Positions 28,438 through 38,697 of a stretch of 64,000 bases of DNA are shown piece by piece. The DNA comes from Deltaproteobacteria bacterium. Its GTDB lineage: Bacteria; Myxococcota; Kuafuiibacteriia; Kuafuiibacteriales; Kuafuiibacteriaceae. Each line of letters begins with the position of its first letter. Position 1 is the stretch's first letter. Below the pieces are notes generated by a model. The model worked only from the letters and a program-made list of their open reading frames with translations, did not search any database and was not told the origin of the DNA. Position numbers and translations under genes: made by a program. Location: positions 64,001-128,000 of the forward strand of contig JAVJQW010000041.1 in the NCBI GenBank assembly GCA_040218735.1, read 5' to 3'.

Positions 28438-29607
28438 ATGCGCGCCCTCCGTCTCGCCGCCCCGTTCCTCCTGCTCGTCGGCTGCGGACGCGCGCAGGTC
28501 GACATGCTCGAGCAGCTCGGCAGCTCGGCCGACACCGGCGTCAACCAGGGCCCGCGGGACGGCGGCTCGATCATCACGCCGCGCGACGGTGGTCCGATCA
28601 CGCCGCCGCGGGACAGCGGTGTCGTGACGCCGCCCCCTCCGCGGGACGGTGGGATCGTGATGCCCCCGCCACGTGATGCGGGGACGGCGATGTGCAACGT
28701 CGACAGCGATTGTTTCCGCGACCTCGGTCGGCCGATCTGCCCGCAGGGGCAGCGCGGTGATTGGGACTGTGTGTTCGGTTCGTGTCAGCTGGTCTGCCCT
28801 CCGCCTCCGGAGTGTTTCAACGACTGCGATTGTCCCTTCGAGCTCGCGTGCGCGGCGGGGCAGTGCATGCCGCTCAGCCGCAACAACCAGTGCTGCTTCG
28901 CGCCGTTCTGCCCACCGGGTGACACCTGCCAGCTCCCGGGCGGCGGCACGAGTGTGTGCCCGTCGCCGCCGGACGGTGGCGTGCGCGACGGTGGGATCTG
29001 GGACGGCGGTGGTCCGCCGCCGCCGCCGGACGCGGGTGTCGTGACGCCGGTCGGCGACGCTTGCATGAGCGCCGGGTCGTGCGGTCCGCTGGGGTTCTGC
29101 ATCGAGGACAGCAGCGGCTTCCCCGATGGTTACTGCACGCAGAACTGCGGACCGCAGGGCGCGATGTGCCCGGCCGGTTCGGACTGCCGTGACTTCGGAC
29201 CGCGACAGGACCTGTGCCTGGACACCTGCACGACGACGGCCGAGTGCCGCATGGGTTACGGCTGCATTCAGCTCGGCATCGATCCGCAGAAGGTCTGCTG
29301 GCCGGTGAGCTCGGGTTCGACGAACCCGAACGGAGACCCCGTCGGCTCCGCGTGCACGAACGACCAAGCCTGCGCGGCGGGGCTCACGTGCCTGCAGTTC
29401 CAGGGGTGGCCAGGTGGCTACTGCACGAAGCAGTACTGCGATGCGATGAACAACCCGTGCCCGTCGAGCTCGCAGTGTTACGCGTTCCCGGGGATGTTCT
29501 CGCTGTGTCTCGCGGAGTGCCCGAACGGCGGCTCGCAGTCGACGTGTCGCAACGACTACTACTGCTTCGGCGCGATGGGCTCGCCGGGCGCCTGCATCCC
29601 GGACTGA
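28438..29607 (+). CDS. Cys-rich lipoprotein with Pro/RDGG linkers
   Basis: Lipobox LVGC; PPRDGG repeats; repeated VG-x-AC...(D/G)GYCT-x-x-C modules. Confidence 0.85.
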   Translation: MRALRLAAPFLLLVGCGRAQVDMLEQLGSSADTGVNQGPRDGGSIITPRDGGPITPPRDSGVVTPPPPRDGGIVMPPPRDAGTAMCNVDSDCFRDLGRPICPQGQRGDWDCVFGSCQLVCPPPPECFNDCDCPFELACAAGQCMPLSRNNQCCFAPFCPPGDTCQLPGGGTSVCPSPPDGGVRDGGIWDGGGPPPPPDAGVVTPVGDACMSAGSCGPLGFCIEDSSGFPDGYCTQNCGPQGAMCPAGSDCRDFGPRQDLCLDTCTTTAECRMGYGCIQLGIDPQKVCWPVSSGSTNPNGDPVGSACTNDQACAAGLTCLQFQGWPGGYCTKQYCDAMNNPCPSSSQCYAFPGMFSLCLAECPNGGSQSTCRNDYYCFGAMGSPGACIPD

Positions 29608-31022
29608 CTCGCCTCGACGGCCGCCGCGGTCGCGAGGAGGCCGGCTTCGTCGAACCACTTGCCGATGAGCTGCAAGCCGATCGGGAGGCCGTCGCGGTCA
29701 CCCACCGGGACGCTCACGCCAGGGAGCCCGGCGAGGTTCACCGAGAGCGTATAGACGTCGGACAGGTACATCTCGAGTGGGTTGCGGGTCTTGGCGCCGA
29801 TCTCGAACGCGACCTGCGGCGTGGTGGGCGTGGCGATGACGTCGACGTCATCGAAGGCGCGTTCGAAGTCTCGCCGGATGAGCGTTCGGACCTTCTGCGC
29901 GCGCAGGTAGTACGCGTCGTAGTATCCGGCGCTGAGGACGTAGGTGCCGAGGATGATGCGGCGCTGGACTTCGCGTCCGAAGCCCTCGCCGCGCGACCTC
30001 TCGTAGTGTTCGATGAGGTCCTTCGCGTCGGCGTGGTGTCCGTAGCGTAGCCCGTCGTAGCGCGCGAGGTTCGAAGAGGCCTCCGCGGTACACAGAATAT
30101 AATACGTCGACAGCGCGTACTTCGTGTGGGGGAGGTCGACGGGCTGCACGGTGGCGCCGCGGGCTTCGAGGTTTCGAATGCCTTCGCGCACCGCGGCGTC
30201 GATCTCGGGGGCGAGGCCTTCGGTGAAGAACGCCTCCGGGACACCAACGCGCAGGCCTTCGACGCCGCGGTCGAGCGCGGCGGAGGTGTTGGGCGCCGGG
30301 TCGCGGCGGGAGGTCATGTCTTCGGGGTCGTGTCCGGCGATGACGTCGAAGAGCGCCGCGACGTCGCGCACGGAGCGGCCCATCGGGCCGACCTGATCCA
30401 GTGACGACGCAAACGCCACGACGCCACGTCGAGACACCCGGCCGTACGTTGGTTTGAGCCCGACGATGCCGCACATCGCGGCGGGCTGCCGGATGGATCC
30501 ACCGGTGTCGGTGCCGAGCGCGCCGTACACTTGGTGGGCGGCGACGGCGGCGGCGCTGCCGCCAGAGGATCCGCCGGGGACACGCGTCGGATCGCGCGGG
30601 TTCTTCACGGCGCCGTACGCGGAGTGTTCGTTGGACGAACCCATCGCGAACTCGTCGAGGTTGGTCTTGCCGACGATGACGGCGCCCGCGGCGCGGAGTC
30701 GTTTCGTCACGGTCGCGTCGTACGGCGGCACCCAGTCGGCGAGCATCTTGGAGCCGGCGGTGGTGCGGAGGCCTTCGGTGGCGATGAGATCCTTGAGCGC
30801 GATCGGGACGCCGTCGATCGCCGAGAGGGGGCGTCCCTCTGCGAAGCGTTGGTCGGCGGCCTCGGCGGCGGCGCGTGGATCGTCGACGGTGATGAAGGCG
30901 TTGAGATCCTCGGTCGCGCGGATACGTGCGAGGCAAAGATCGAGGAGGGCCGACGGGGTCGTGTGACCTTCGCGGAGGCGCTCGGCGACGGACGTCCCGT
31001 CTAGTTCGAGGACCGGATCCAT
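29559..31022 (-). CDS. gatA: Asp-tRNA(Asn)/Glu-tRNA(Gln) amidotransferase subunit A
   Basis: [49 protein letters not shown]. Confidence 0.96.
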   Translation of the reverse strand: MDPVLELDGTSVAERLREGHTTPSALLDLCLARIRATEDLNAFITVDDPRAAAEAADQRFAEGRPLSAIDGVPIALKDLIATEGLRTTAGSKMLADWVPPYDATVTKRLRAAGAVIVGKTNLDEFAMGSSNEHSAYGAVKNPRDPTRVPGGSSGGSAAAVAAHQVYGALGTDTGGSIRQPAAMCGIVGLKPTYGRVSRRGVVAFASSLDQVGPMGRSVRDVAALFDVIAGHDPEDMTSRRDPAPNTSAALDRGVEGLRVGVPEAFFTEGLAPEIDAAVREGIRNLEARGATVQPVDLPHTKYALSTYYILCTAEASSNLARYDGLRYGHHADAKDLIEHYERSRGEGFGREVQRRIILGTYVLSAGYYDAYYLRAQKVRTLIRRDFERAFDDVDVIATPTTPQVAFEIGAKTRNPLEMYLSDVYTLSVNLAGLPGVSVPVGDRDGLPIGLQLIGKWFDEAGLLATAAAVEASQSGMQAPGEPIAPKQ

Positions 31023-31023
31023 C

Positions 31024-31311
31024 TCAGTCCAGGACACGCGGCACGACGACCGCGTCGGCGGCGCGACGCGGGACGCCGTCGAGGAGTCGGGCGCCGTCGC
31101 GCGCTTCGGTCGCGCGGTCCTCGCGGCCTTGGGGCGCGAGATCGACGCCGTGTGCGGTGGGCTCGATACCCTCGACGTCGACGGACTGCAGCTGCTCGAC
31201 GTGTTCGAGGATACGCCCGATGTCGTCCGTGAGGGGCAGGAGTGATTCGTCGGACAGCTCGAGGCGCGCGAGTTTGGCGATGCGTCGGACCTCTTCGACT
31301 TCGATGGCCAT
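31024..31311 (-). CDS. gatC: Asp-tRNA(Asn)/Glu-tRNA(Gln) amidotransferase subunit C
   Basis: [10 protein letters not shown]...VEGIEPT...VPRV, directly upstream of gatA. Confidence 0.93.
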   Translation of the reverse strand: MAIEVEEVRRIAKLARLELSDESLLPLTDDIGRILEHVEQLQSVDVEGIEPTAHGVDLAPQGREDRATEARDGARLLDGVPRRAADAVVVPRVLD

Positions 31312-31391
31312 GACTCGTGGCGGTACCACAGGATGGTGCTGGGTGGCAGTTGCCTTGACGCGACGGCGTATTCCTAAGAGATGGTGGACGC

Positions 31392-32024
31392 GTGGAAGTC
31401 ATCATCGACCGCCTGGCCCACGACCTGAGGGCGCCGCTACGGTCCGTCGCCGCGGCCGCCGCCTGGATCGTCGAGGACCTCGGTCGAGACCCGCCCCCGG
31501 ACCTGAAGAACAGCGTCGACATCCTCGACAACAGCGTCCGTCGAATGGAGCGAATGCTCGACGCGTTGCTGACGATCGCGCGCGCCGGCCAGCCCGAGCC
31601 CGGTGATGCCTTCGGCGCGGCGGAGGCCATCGGCGAGGTCGAGATCCACGGCCTCACGATCGACGTCGAAGGCGACGCGCGCCTGACCGGCGACCGCGTC
31701 GCGTTCGTCGCCACCGCCCGCGAGCTCCTCGACAACGCCCACCGCCACAGCAAGCGCGACGCAACGCGCGCCACCGTCACCATCGCGGGCACCGAGGGCA
31801 CCGCGACGATCACGATCGCCGACGACGGCGAAGCGATGACCGACTACGTCCGCAGCAACGCGATGCACCTCTTCTACAGCCGCTACGGCGCCTCCAACGC
31901 CAAACACGTCGGCTGCGGCCTCCCGATCGCCACCGCCCACGCCGAAGCCCACGGCGGCACCGTGGAGCTCGGCCCCGAGCGAAGCGAAGGCAACGAGGTC
32001 CGCCTGCGCTGGCAGTTGGCGTAA
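31392..32024 (+). CDS. Histidine kinase lacking a sensor domain (HisKA + HATPase only)
   Basis: AHDLRAPL at residues 9-16; ELLDNAHRH; DDG; GCGL; HGG. Confidence 0.8.
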   Translation: MEVIIDRLAHDLRAPLRSVAAAAAWIVEDLGRDPPPDLKNSVDILDNSVRRMERMLDALLTIARAGQPEPGDAFGAAEAIGEVEIHGLTIDVEGDARLTGDRVAFVATARELLDNAHRHSKRDATRATVTIAGTEGTATITIADDGEAMTDYVRSNAMHLFYSRYGASNAKHVGCGLPIATAHAEAHGGTVELGPERSEGNEVRLRWQLA

Positions 32025-32032
32025 GCCGGGGA

Positions 32033-33919
32033 TCAGAAGACGGGGACCTCGGCTCCAGGAGACGGGCCCACGCCATCACCCACGTTCTCCATGTTGCCGT
32101 AGCCGAGGTTTCCGTTCTGCCCCCATCCCCAGCACGCGACGGCAGGGTTCGCGAGCGATGCACCGACTCGCATGAGTGCGCACGAGTGTCGGGCACCCGC
32201 TGCGACCTGGTCGACGAAGTAGTTGGCGCCGAGCACGACATCCTCGTCGGGGTCGTCGCCGGTGCCGTCTCCGACGTTCGTGGTCGCGTCGTAGCCGAGT
32301 TGGCCGAACTCTCCTACTCCCCAGCAACGCACCCGACCTAGGGGCGAGCGGGCACAGGTGTGATCGATGAAGCTGGAGATCTCCGCGGCGTTCATTCCTC
32401 CGAGCTGAACAACGCTGGCTTCAGCGATCGGACGACCGGACGCGCCGCCGATCTGTTGGTCGCTACCATTGCCGAGCTGACCGAGCCTCGCGTCCCCCCA
32501 GCATCGTACCGAGCCTTGCGCCGTTCGAACGCACGTGTGTCCGAAGCCGCCGACGACCGCCACGAAGTCCTCTTCTTCCAGGCCGATGGGACCGGCGGAC
32601 TGCGGCGTCGGTGCTGTTGCGTTCCCGTCGCCGACGTTGACGGCGAGCGGGTACCCGAGCTGACCCGTCGAGTTGTCTCCCCAGCAGTAGACCTCGTGGC
32701 TCTCGAGGACGGCGCACGTATGGGACGCACCCGCCCCGAGCGCGATGGCGCGACCGCCCAGTGGAACGTCCCCTGCGACGGCCGGGGACACGAGTCCGTT
32801 GGTACCGTCTGCAACCGGCATCGTGTGTCCGTAGCCGAGCTGACCCGAGTCGTTGCGTCCCCAGCACCGGACCGCACCGGTGTCGAGGCGAGCACAGGTG
32901 TGCCAACCCCCGAGGACGATTTCGAGCGCTTGCCCGCCGAGCGAAACGTTCGGTGCGCTCGATGGGAGACTCCCCGGGCGGTCACCGACGGTTCCGCGGT
33001 GCCCTTGGCCCAGCTGGCCGAACGCGTTTTCGCCCCAGCAGCGAACGGCGCCGTTCGAGTCCAGCACGCAAGTGTGAATGCCGCCCGCGGCGACTTGCAC
33101 AACGTCGACGCCCAAAGGAACGTCGCCTTTCGACGCTGGCGTTTCGTCGTCTCCGATCGCGTCCCGATCGCCATAACCCAGCTGCCCGGCCGTGGACTGG
33201 CCCCAACATCGGAGCGCGCCCGACTCCCGGAGCAAGCAACTGTGGCCGGAACCCACCGCGAGTTGTGGGCGGTTCACCGTGAACTCGGCAACGACGGTCG
33301 TGTCCCGGTCGATCGTCAGCGTGCAGGTCGCTGCGCCCGTGCAGCCGGCCGTCCAGACGTGACTGGCACCCACCGCCGGCTCCCCCTTGACCTCGATGAC
33401 GGAGCCTACGCGCACGCGGCCCGAGCAGGTCGTGCCGCAGGTCAGCCCGTTGTCTGTCGTCACCACCCCGAAGCCGTTGCCTCGTCGCTCGAGCGTTAGC
33501 AGATACGTCCGCGCGAAGTTCACGGTGACCGTGCGATCACGATCCATCACCACGCTGCACGGCGCGGCTGCGGCACATCCCTCACCGTCGAAGGCCGTCA
33601 GTTCTGATTCTGCATCGGCCGTCGGTGTCAGTGTCACCGCCGTGCCTGCCAGGATGTCTCGGTCACAATCCGATACGCAGGTTTCGTCGAGAGGGGCGAT
33701 GTCGATGCCTCCGGAGCCGCTCCCTTCGAAATGGACCCGAAGGGAGAAGGTCCGTGGACCCGCGTCGTGAAGGCCTGCGTCGCTAGCGCCCCCATCGCGG
33801 ATCGAAGATCCCGCGTCCCGCGGTTCTTCCGATCCGCCATCACGTTCGACAGGAACGACGACCGACCCGCACGCGGTGCTCAGGATGAACACCCAAGCTG
33901 CCCTTCGGTGCGTTGCCAT
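32033..33919 (-). CDS. Lipoprotein with two InlB-B/Flg_new-like repeats and an RCC1-like beta-propeller
   Basis: Lipobox STAC; GTAVTLTPTA/FTV repeats; about 7 H(S/T)C...VRCWG...GQLG repeats. Confidence 0.88.
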   Translation of the reverse strand: MATHRRAAWVFILSTACGSVVVPVERDGGSEEPRDAGSSIRDGGASDAGLHDAGPRTFSLRVHFEGSGSGGIDIAPLDETCVSDCDRDILAGTAVTLTPTADAESELTAFDGEGCAAAAPCSVVMDRDRTVTVNFARTYLLTLERRGNGFGVVTTDNGLTCGTTCSGRVRVGSVIEVKGEPAVGASHVWTAGCTGAATCTLTIDRDTTVVAEFTVNRPQLAVGSGHSCLLRESGALRCWGQSTAGQLGYGDRDAIGDDETPASKGDVPLGVDVVQVAAGGIHTCVLDSNGAVRCWGENAFGQLGQGHRGTVGDRPGSLPSSAPNVSLGGQALEIVLGGWHTCARLDTGAVRCWGRNDSGQLGYGHTMPVADGTNGLVSPAVAGDVPLGGRAIALGAGASHTCAVLESHEVYCWGDNSTGQLGYPLAVNVGDGNATAPTPQSAGPIGLEEEDFVAVVGGFGHTCVRTAQGSVRCWGDARLGQLGNGSDQQIGGASGRPIAEASVVQLGGMNAAEISSFIDHTCARSPLGRVRCWGVGEFGQLGYDATTNVGDGTGDDPDEDVVLGANYFVDQVAAGARHSCALMRVGASLANPAVACWGWGQNGNLGYGNMENVGDGVGPSPGAEVPVF

Positions 33920-33930
33920 CGTCTTGGAGT

Positions 33931-36246
33931 CTACTGCGCGGACTTCTGCAGGCGCTCGAGCGTCAGCTTCGCCGCGCGGCGCTCCGGTGAGTTCGGGCGG
34001 GCGCGGGCCAGGTACGTCGTGTACGCCTTGATCGCTTCGCTCGTGTTTTTGAGGGCGCGGTGGGACTCGGCGAGGCCGTAGTAGGCCTCGGCGTAGCGGT
34101 CGTTCACGCGGACGGCGCGCTCGAAGGAGGTGAGGGCGAGGCGCGGGCGCTCCATGTCGAGGAAGCACCAGCCCTTGCCGGTGTGCGTCTCGGCGGAGTT
34201 GGGGCGCAGCTCGGCGGCGCGGCCGTAGGCGTTCAGCGCGGCCTTCGTGCGGTCGCGCTCGCGAAGGCGGTCCGCGCGCGCCATCCAGTAGTCGAAGTCC
34301 TTCTCCGGCTCCTCCGCCTTGGCGGGCGGCGGTGGTGGCGGCGGCGGCGGCGCGGCCTCCGGCTTGGGTTCGATCGCCGCCGCGGGCGTCGGCGCCGCCT
34401 TCTTCGGCGCCGGGAGCAACGCGCGCACGCGCTTCGCCGCCTGGTGATCCGGCGCCGACGTGAGCACCTTCTCGAGCTGCTTGCGCGCCTCGGCCGGGCG
34501 CTGGGCGAGCAAGTGCAAGCGCGCCGCCCACACCCGCGCGCGATTCATCGTCGGGCGGCTCGTCAACGCCTGCTCCGCGAGCCGCACCGCGCTCTCCAGC
34601 TTCGTCGCTTCGACCTGCTTCAGGTCTCCGGCCGTGAGTACCGACTCGAGGTAGAGCGTCTGCGCGTCCGTCCGACCGTCGGCCTGCGCGAGCTGCTTCG
34701 CGCGATCCAACGGCGCCTGCGCCAGCCCCGAAGCGCTCACGATCAGGTGACGCGCTGCGAGCGCACGCGAGACCTCGAAGCCCTCCGGGTCCGCCTTCAC
34801 CGCCGTCTGCACGAGCTCCTCCGCGGCGCCCTGCAGACGCTCGGCCTCCGCACGCTCCCGTTTGGCGTCTGCTTCGAGCGCCGCCGGATCGGGGACCTGC
34901 GGCTCGGGCGGGAGGTCCGCGCGCCCGCGCCGTGACTTCGCCTTGATCGCTTCGACTTCGCGCTGGTGCGTCTCGATCGCCTCCCGCGCGCGCGCCGCGC
35001 TCTGCTCCAGATCAAATGCGCGCATCGCGTGGGTCTGCGCGAGGAACGCCACGGCGAGGCCTCGGTCCGCGACCAGCGCCGGGTCCTGCGTGCGAATCCG
35101 CTGCGCTTCTTCGAGCAGCGCGATGCGTTTCTTCTGCGCGGAGACCGTGTCCTTGTCGGCCTCCATCTCCGCCTCGGCGATCAGCTTCTGCGCGCCGTCG
35201 TCGCCGCCGATCATCTCCAGGACGCCGTACTGCTCCGCGAGTTTGCGCGCCGGGTTGTTCGGCGGGCCGTAGAGCGCGTACGCGACGCTCGCGCCCGTGC
35301 CCGCGAAGACCGCGATCAGCAGCACCCAGAAGAACTTCCGCCGCCGACGCCCCTGCTCGAACTCCGCGACCGGGTCGGGACCGTCGTGATCGTCGATGTC
35401 GATGTCGAGCGCGGTGCTCCCGAATGTCGCCGGCGCTGGCCCGGCTCGGTCCAACGCCCCGGGGCCCGCGAGCCCCGTCGAGGCGACGGGCGCCGTGCGG
35501 TCGATGGCGGCCGACGTCGGCGCGAGATCGCGGCTCGGCGCGCGCGGCGTCGGCGTCAGATCCCGACTCGGCATCGGCGGCGGCGGGAGCGTCGCGGTCG
35601 GCACGTGGCCGTTGTCGGGCGCGGGCGTCGGGGGCTCGTGCATCGCCGCGCTCGGCGGGGGGATGGTCTGGCGCGCGATCGCCGCACTGGGCGCGGCCGG
35701 CACCGGTACCGGCACCGTGGGTTGGGGAGCGTCGGCCTGCACGATCGCGGACCGCGGCGGTATCGTGTACTGCGCGCCGGGCGCGAGCGACGACGGATCG
35801 AGCGGATTCATCGCCGCCAGCAGCTCGCTCCCGCGGAGCTGCATCGGCGCCGAGCCGCCCTGCTCGATCATGCTGTTGAGCGTCTGCGCCTTCTCGTACA
35901 CCGAGAAGAACGGCTCCAGCTCCATGATGTTGCCGAGGCGCTTCCACGTCTCGCCGTTCTTGGAGATCTCGTCGTCCCGCCCGATCCGGCCTTCGACGAT
36001 CCACTTCTGGAGGGTGGTCAGCTCCCGGAACGCGATCATCTGGCCGTCCGGTTTGCGGACCAGCCACTCACGCCCCTGCGGACCGGCGCCGATGGCCGTG
36101 GAGGCGCGGGGCGGGAGTTTCCGGCCCGGGCGGCGGACCTTGAACACGAACCCGCACGCCGTGCACTTCACGGTGACGCCGTTGGCGCCGATGCGGTTCT
36201 CGTCGAACTCGTACTCGGTGCCGCACTTGTCGCAGCGAACGTCCAT
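33931..36246 (-). CDS. Zinc-ribbon (MJ0042-type) + GYF-like + TM + TPR protein
   Basis: MDVRCDKC...VKCTACG; LQKWIVEGRI...EISKNGETWKRL; Pro-rich linker; TM; C-terminal TPRs. Confidence 0.88.
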   Translation of the reverse strand: MDVRCDKCGTEYEFDENRIGANGVTVKCTACGFVFKVRRPGRKLPPRASTAIGAGPQGREWLVRKPDGQMIAFRELTTLQKWIVEGRIGRDDEISKNGETWKRLGNIMELEPFFSVYEKAQTLNSMIEQGGSAPMQLRGSELLAAMNPLDPSSLAPGAQYTIPPRSAIVQADAPQPTVPVPVPAAPSAAIARQTIPPPSAAMHEPPTPAPDNGHVPTATLPPPPMPSRDLTPTPRAPSRDLAPTSAAIDRTAPVASTGLAGPGALDRAGPAPATFGSTALDIDIDDHDGPDPVAEFEQGRRRRKFFWVLLIAVFAGTGASVAYALYGPPNNPARKLAEQYGVLEMIGGDDGAQKLIAEAEMEADKDTVSAQKKRIALLEEAQRIRTQDPALVADRGLAVAFLAQTHAMRAFDLEQSAARAREAIETHQREVEAIKAKSRRGRADLPPEPQVPDPAALEADAKRERAEAERLQGAAEELVQTAVKADPEGFEVSRALAARHLIVSASGLAQAPLDRAKQLAQADGRTDAQTLYLESVLTAGDLKQVEATKLESAVRLAEQALTSRPTMNRARVWAARLHLLAQRPAEARKQLEKVLTSAPDHQAAKRVRALLPAPKKAAPTPAAAIEPKPEAAPPPPPPPPPAKAEEPEKDFDYWMARADRLRERDRTKAALNAYGRAAELRPNSAETHTGKGWCFLDMERPRLALTSFERAVRVNDRYAEAYYGLAESHRALKNTSEAIKAYTTYLARARPNSPERRAAKLTLERLQKSAQ

Positions 36247-36272
36247 GGAGCCCTGAAAGGGCCCCGACGTTA

Positions 36273-38588
36273 TCACGAGTCCCCGACCAATCTCACGAAA
36301 CGGGCCACCACCGTCTTTTGCACTTCACCGAAGCGTATCCTCAGCTTTGCGCGCGGACCTTCGCCGTCCCGTGCTTCGATGACGCCTACCCCGAACGTGT
36401 TGTGATGTACGCGTGCGCCCGGGCCGAAGTCGCCCCCGGATGAGGGCATGTCCGACATGACGTCCCGGACCGGCAGCACCTCCGCGGGCGCCGGCGGAGG
36501 CGCTTCGACGGGCCGTCGCGCCTCGATCGGCATCGACGGCTGCCCGTCCAGACCGCCGGCCGGGAAGCTCCCGAACACCCGGTTCGGCAGCTCACCGAGG
36601 AACCGCGACGGGCGCCGAACCTCCTGCCGCCCGTAGATGTAACGGCTGCGCGCGCAGGTGAGGTTGAGCTCGCGTTTCGCGCGCGTCATCCCGACGTAGC
36701 AGAGCCGACGCTCCTCCTCGAGCGACTCGGTGTCCTCGGCGTCGACCGCTCGCTTCGTCGGGAAGGTGTGCTCCTCCATCCCGACCATGAACACGATCGG
36801 GAACTCGAGGCCCTTCGCCGCGTGCAGCGTGAGGAGTCGGACCTGTCCGCCTTCGCCGACGTCGTCGTCCGGCGAGACGAGCGCCGCTTCGTCGAGGAAC
36901 GCCTCGAGCGGCGTGCGCGCACCGGCGAGCCCGAAGACCGCTTCTTCGTCGCCCTCGTCCGGGTTGGCGTTGCCGCGCTCCTCTTCCATGAGCGCTTCGT
37001 GCTCCGCGATCGACGACACGAGCTCCTTGATGTTCTCGATCCGATCCTCCGCCGTGAGCGGCTCGCTCTTGGTGAGGTGCGCCTGGTACTTCGTTCGTTC
37101 GATCACCGCGCGCGCGACGGCTTCGGCCGGCTCGGTCGTCGACATCTCGCGGAGCCCGAGCAGGAGCTTGTGCAGATCGCGGAGCTTCTTGATCGTCCCC
37201 TTGCGCAACCCGCCGGCGAGGAGATCTTCGTCCGGCAGGCCCAACACGTGCGCGCCGGAGAGTGTGTGTTCCTCGGCGATCGCGTTGAGCTTGTCGACGG
37301 TGGTCTTGCCGATCCCACGCGGCGGCGTGTTGATGATCCGGTTGAAGTCTTGGTCGGACGTCGGGTTCGCGGTGACGCGGAGGTAACCGAGGATGTCCTT
37401 CACCTCGCGCCGCTCGAAGAACGCGGTGCCGCCGATCAACTTGTACGGTACCCGGTATCGCCGCATCGCCTCTTCGAACTGACGCGACTGCGCGTTCTGC
37501 CGGTAGAGCACCGCGAAGTCCTCGGCGTTTGCGCCTTCGCGGAGTCGCTTCGCGACCACGGCCGCGATCATGTCGGCCTCTTCGTCGCCGCGTTCGCGCA
37601 TCGCGAGCCCGAGGAGCGAACCCTCGGCGGCGTCGGTGAAGAGTGTCTTGTCGTGGCGCTTCCGGTTGTGCCGGATGATGTGGTTCGCGGCCTCGAGGAT
37701 CGTCGCGGTGCTGCGGTAATTCTGCTCGAGCTTGACGACGGTCGTGCTCTCGAACTCCCGCTCGAAGCCCAGGATGTTGGTCACGTCCGCGCCTCGCCAG
37801 CGATAGATCGCCTGGTCGTCGTCGCCGACCACCGCGAGGTTTCGGTGTCGCGAGACGAGGTGCCGCAGCATGTCGTACTGAACGTTGTTCGTGTCCTGGA
37901 ACTCGTCGACCTGCACGTACTTGAAGCGGCGCGCGAACCGGTTGAGCGCTTCGGGGTGGCGCTTCAACAGCTCGACGGTCAGCAACAGGAGGTCGCCGAA
38001 GTCCATCGCGTTCGAGCGTTGGAGCGCGCGTTGGTACTTCTTGTAGGCCCACCGCGCGATCTTCTTCGCGGGGATGTCGAACGGCGCGACCTGCTGCTCG
38101 AACTGCTGCGGCAGGACGCCGTTGTTCTTCGCTTTGTCGATCTCGTGCGCGATCGCGTTGACGCTCGTGCCGCGCGACGAGGTGTCGACGCTGCTGTTGT
38201 TGAGGATTCGCTTCAGTAGACCGCGCGCGTCGTCGCTGTCGTAGATGGTGAAGCTCTTGCCGTACCCGAGGCGGTGCCCCTCCATGCGCAACATGCGCGC
38301 GCACAGCGCGTGGAAGGTGCCGATCCACGCCTCCTTCACCTGCGGCCCGATCAGCTGTTCGAGGCGCTCGCGCATCTCCGCGGCGGCCTTGTTCGTGAAC
38401 GTGACCATGAAGATCTGCCACGGCTCGGCGAGCCCCTCCGCGAGGATGAACGCGGTGCGGTGCACCAGGACCCGCGTCTTGCCGCTCCCCGCGCCCGCGA
38501 GGATCAGCAGCGGACCCTCGGTGGTGGTCGCCGCGCGGAACTGCTCGGGGTTGAGCAGCTGCTCGAGGTCCTGTCGCGTCAACGTCAC
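36273..38588 (-). CDS. uvrD: ATP-dependent DNA helicase UvrD/PcrA
   Basis: AGAGSGKT, TFTNKAA, VDEFQD, VGDDDQAIYRWRGA, LEQNYRS, TLHAAKGLEF, EERRLCYVGMTRA; start approximate. Confidence 0.95.
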   Translation of the reverse strand: MTLTRQDLEQLLNPEQFRAATTTEGPLLILAGAGSGKTRVLVHRTAFILAEGLAEPWQIFMVTFTNKAAAEMRERLEQLIGPQVKEAWIGTFHALCARMLRMEGHRLGYGKSFTIYDSDDARGLLKRILNNSSVDTSSRGTSVNAIAHEIDKAKNNGVLPQQFEQQVAPFDIPAKKIARWAYKKYQRALQRSNAMDFGDLLLLTVELLKRHPEALNRFARRFKYVQVDEFQDTNNVQYDMLRHLVSRHRNLAVVGDDDQAIYRWRGADVTNILGFEREFESTTVVKLEQNYRSTATILEAANHIIRHNRKRHDKTLFTDAAEGSLLGLAMRERGDEEADMIAAVVAKRLREGANAEDFAVLYRQNAQSRQFEEAMRRYRVPYKLIGGTAFFERREVKDILGYLRVTANPTSDQDFNRIINTPPRGIGKTTVDKLNAIAEEHTLSGAHVLGLPDEDLLAGGLRKGTIKKLRDLHKLLLGLREMSTTEPAEAVARAVIERTKYQAHLTKSEPLTAEDRIENIKELVSSIAEHEALMEEERGNANPDEGDEEAVFGLAGARTPLEAFLDEAALVSPDDDVGEGGQVRLLTLHAAKGLEFPIVFMVGMEEHTFPTKRAVDAEDTESLEEERRLCYVGMTRAKRELNLTCARSRYIYGRQEVRRPSRFLGELPNRVFGSFPAGGLDGQPSMPIEARRPVEAPPPAPAEVLPVRDVMSDMPSSGGDFGPGARVHHNTFGVGVIEARDGEGPRAKLRIRFGEVQKTVVARFVRLVGDS

Positions 38589-38697
38589 GGCGGTCGACGC
38601 TTCCCATGGGGGGCGTCGGATCTCAACGACGACGGTGCCTGCCGTCACGTTCCGGCGACCGATGGATCGAGCAGCGCGTCCTTGGCACCTTCTCAGG

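Noticed and set aside
33931-36246. Naming the zinc-ribbon protein gltJ/agmX
   Set aside because: C-terminus is TPR rather than TonB_C-like, and no other gliding genes are adjacent.
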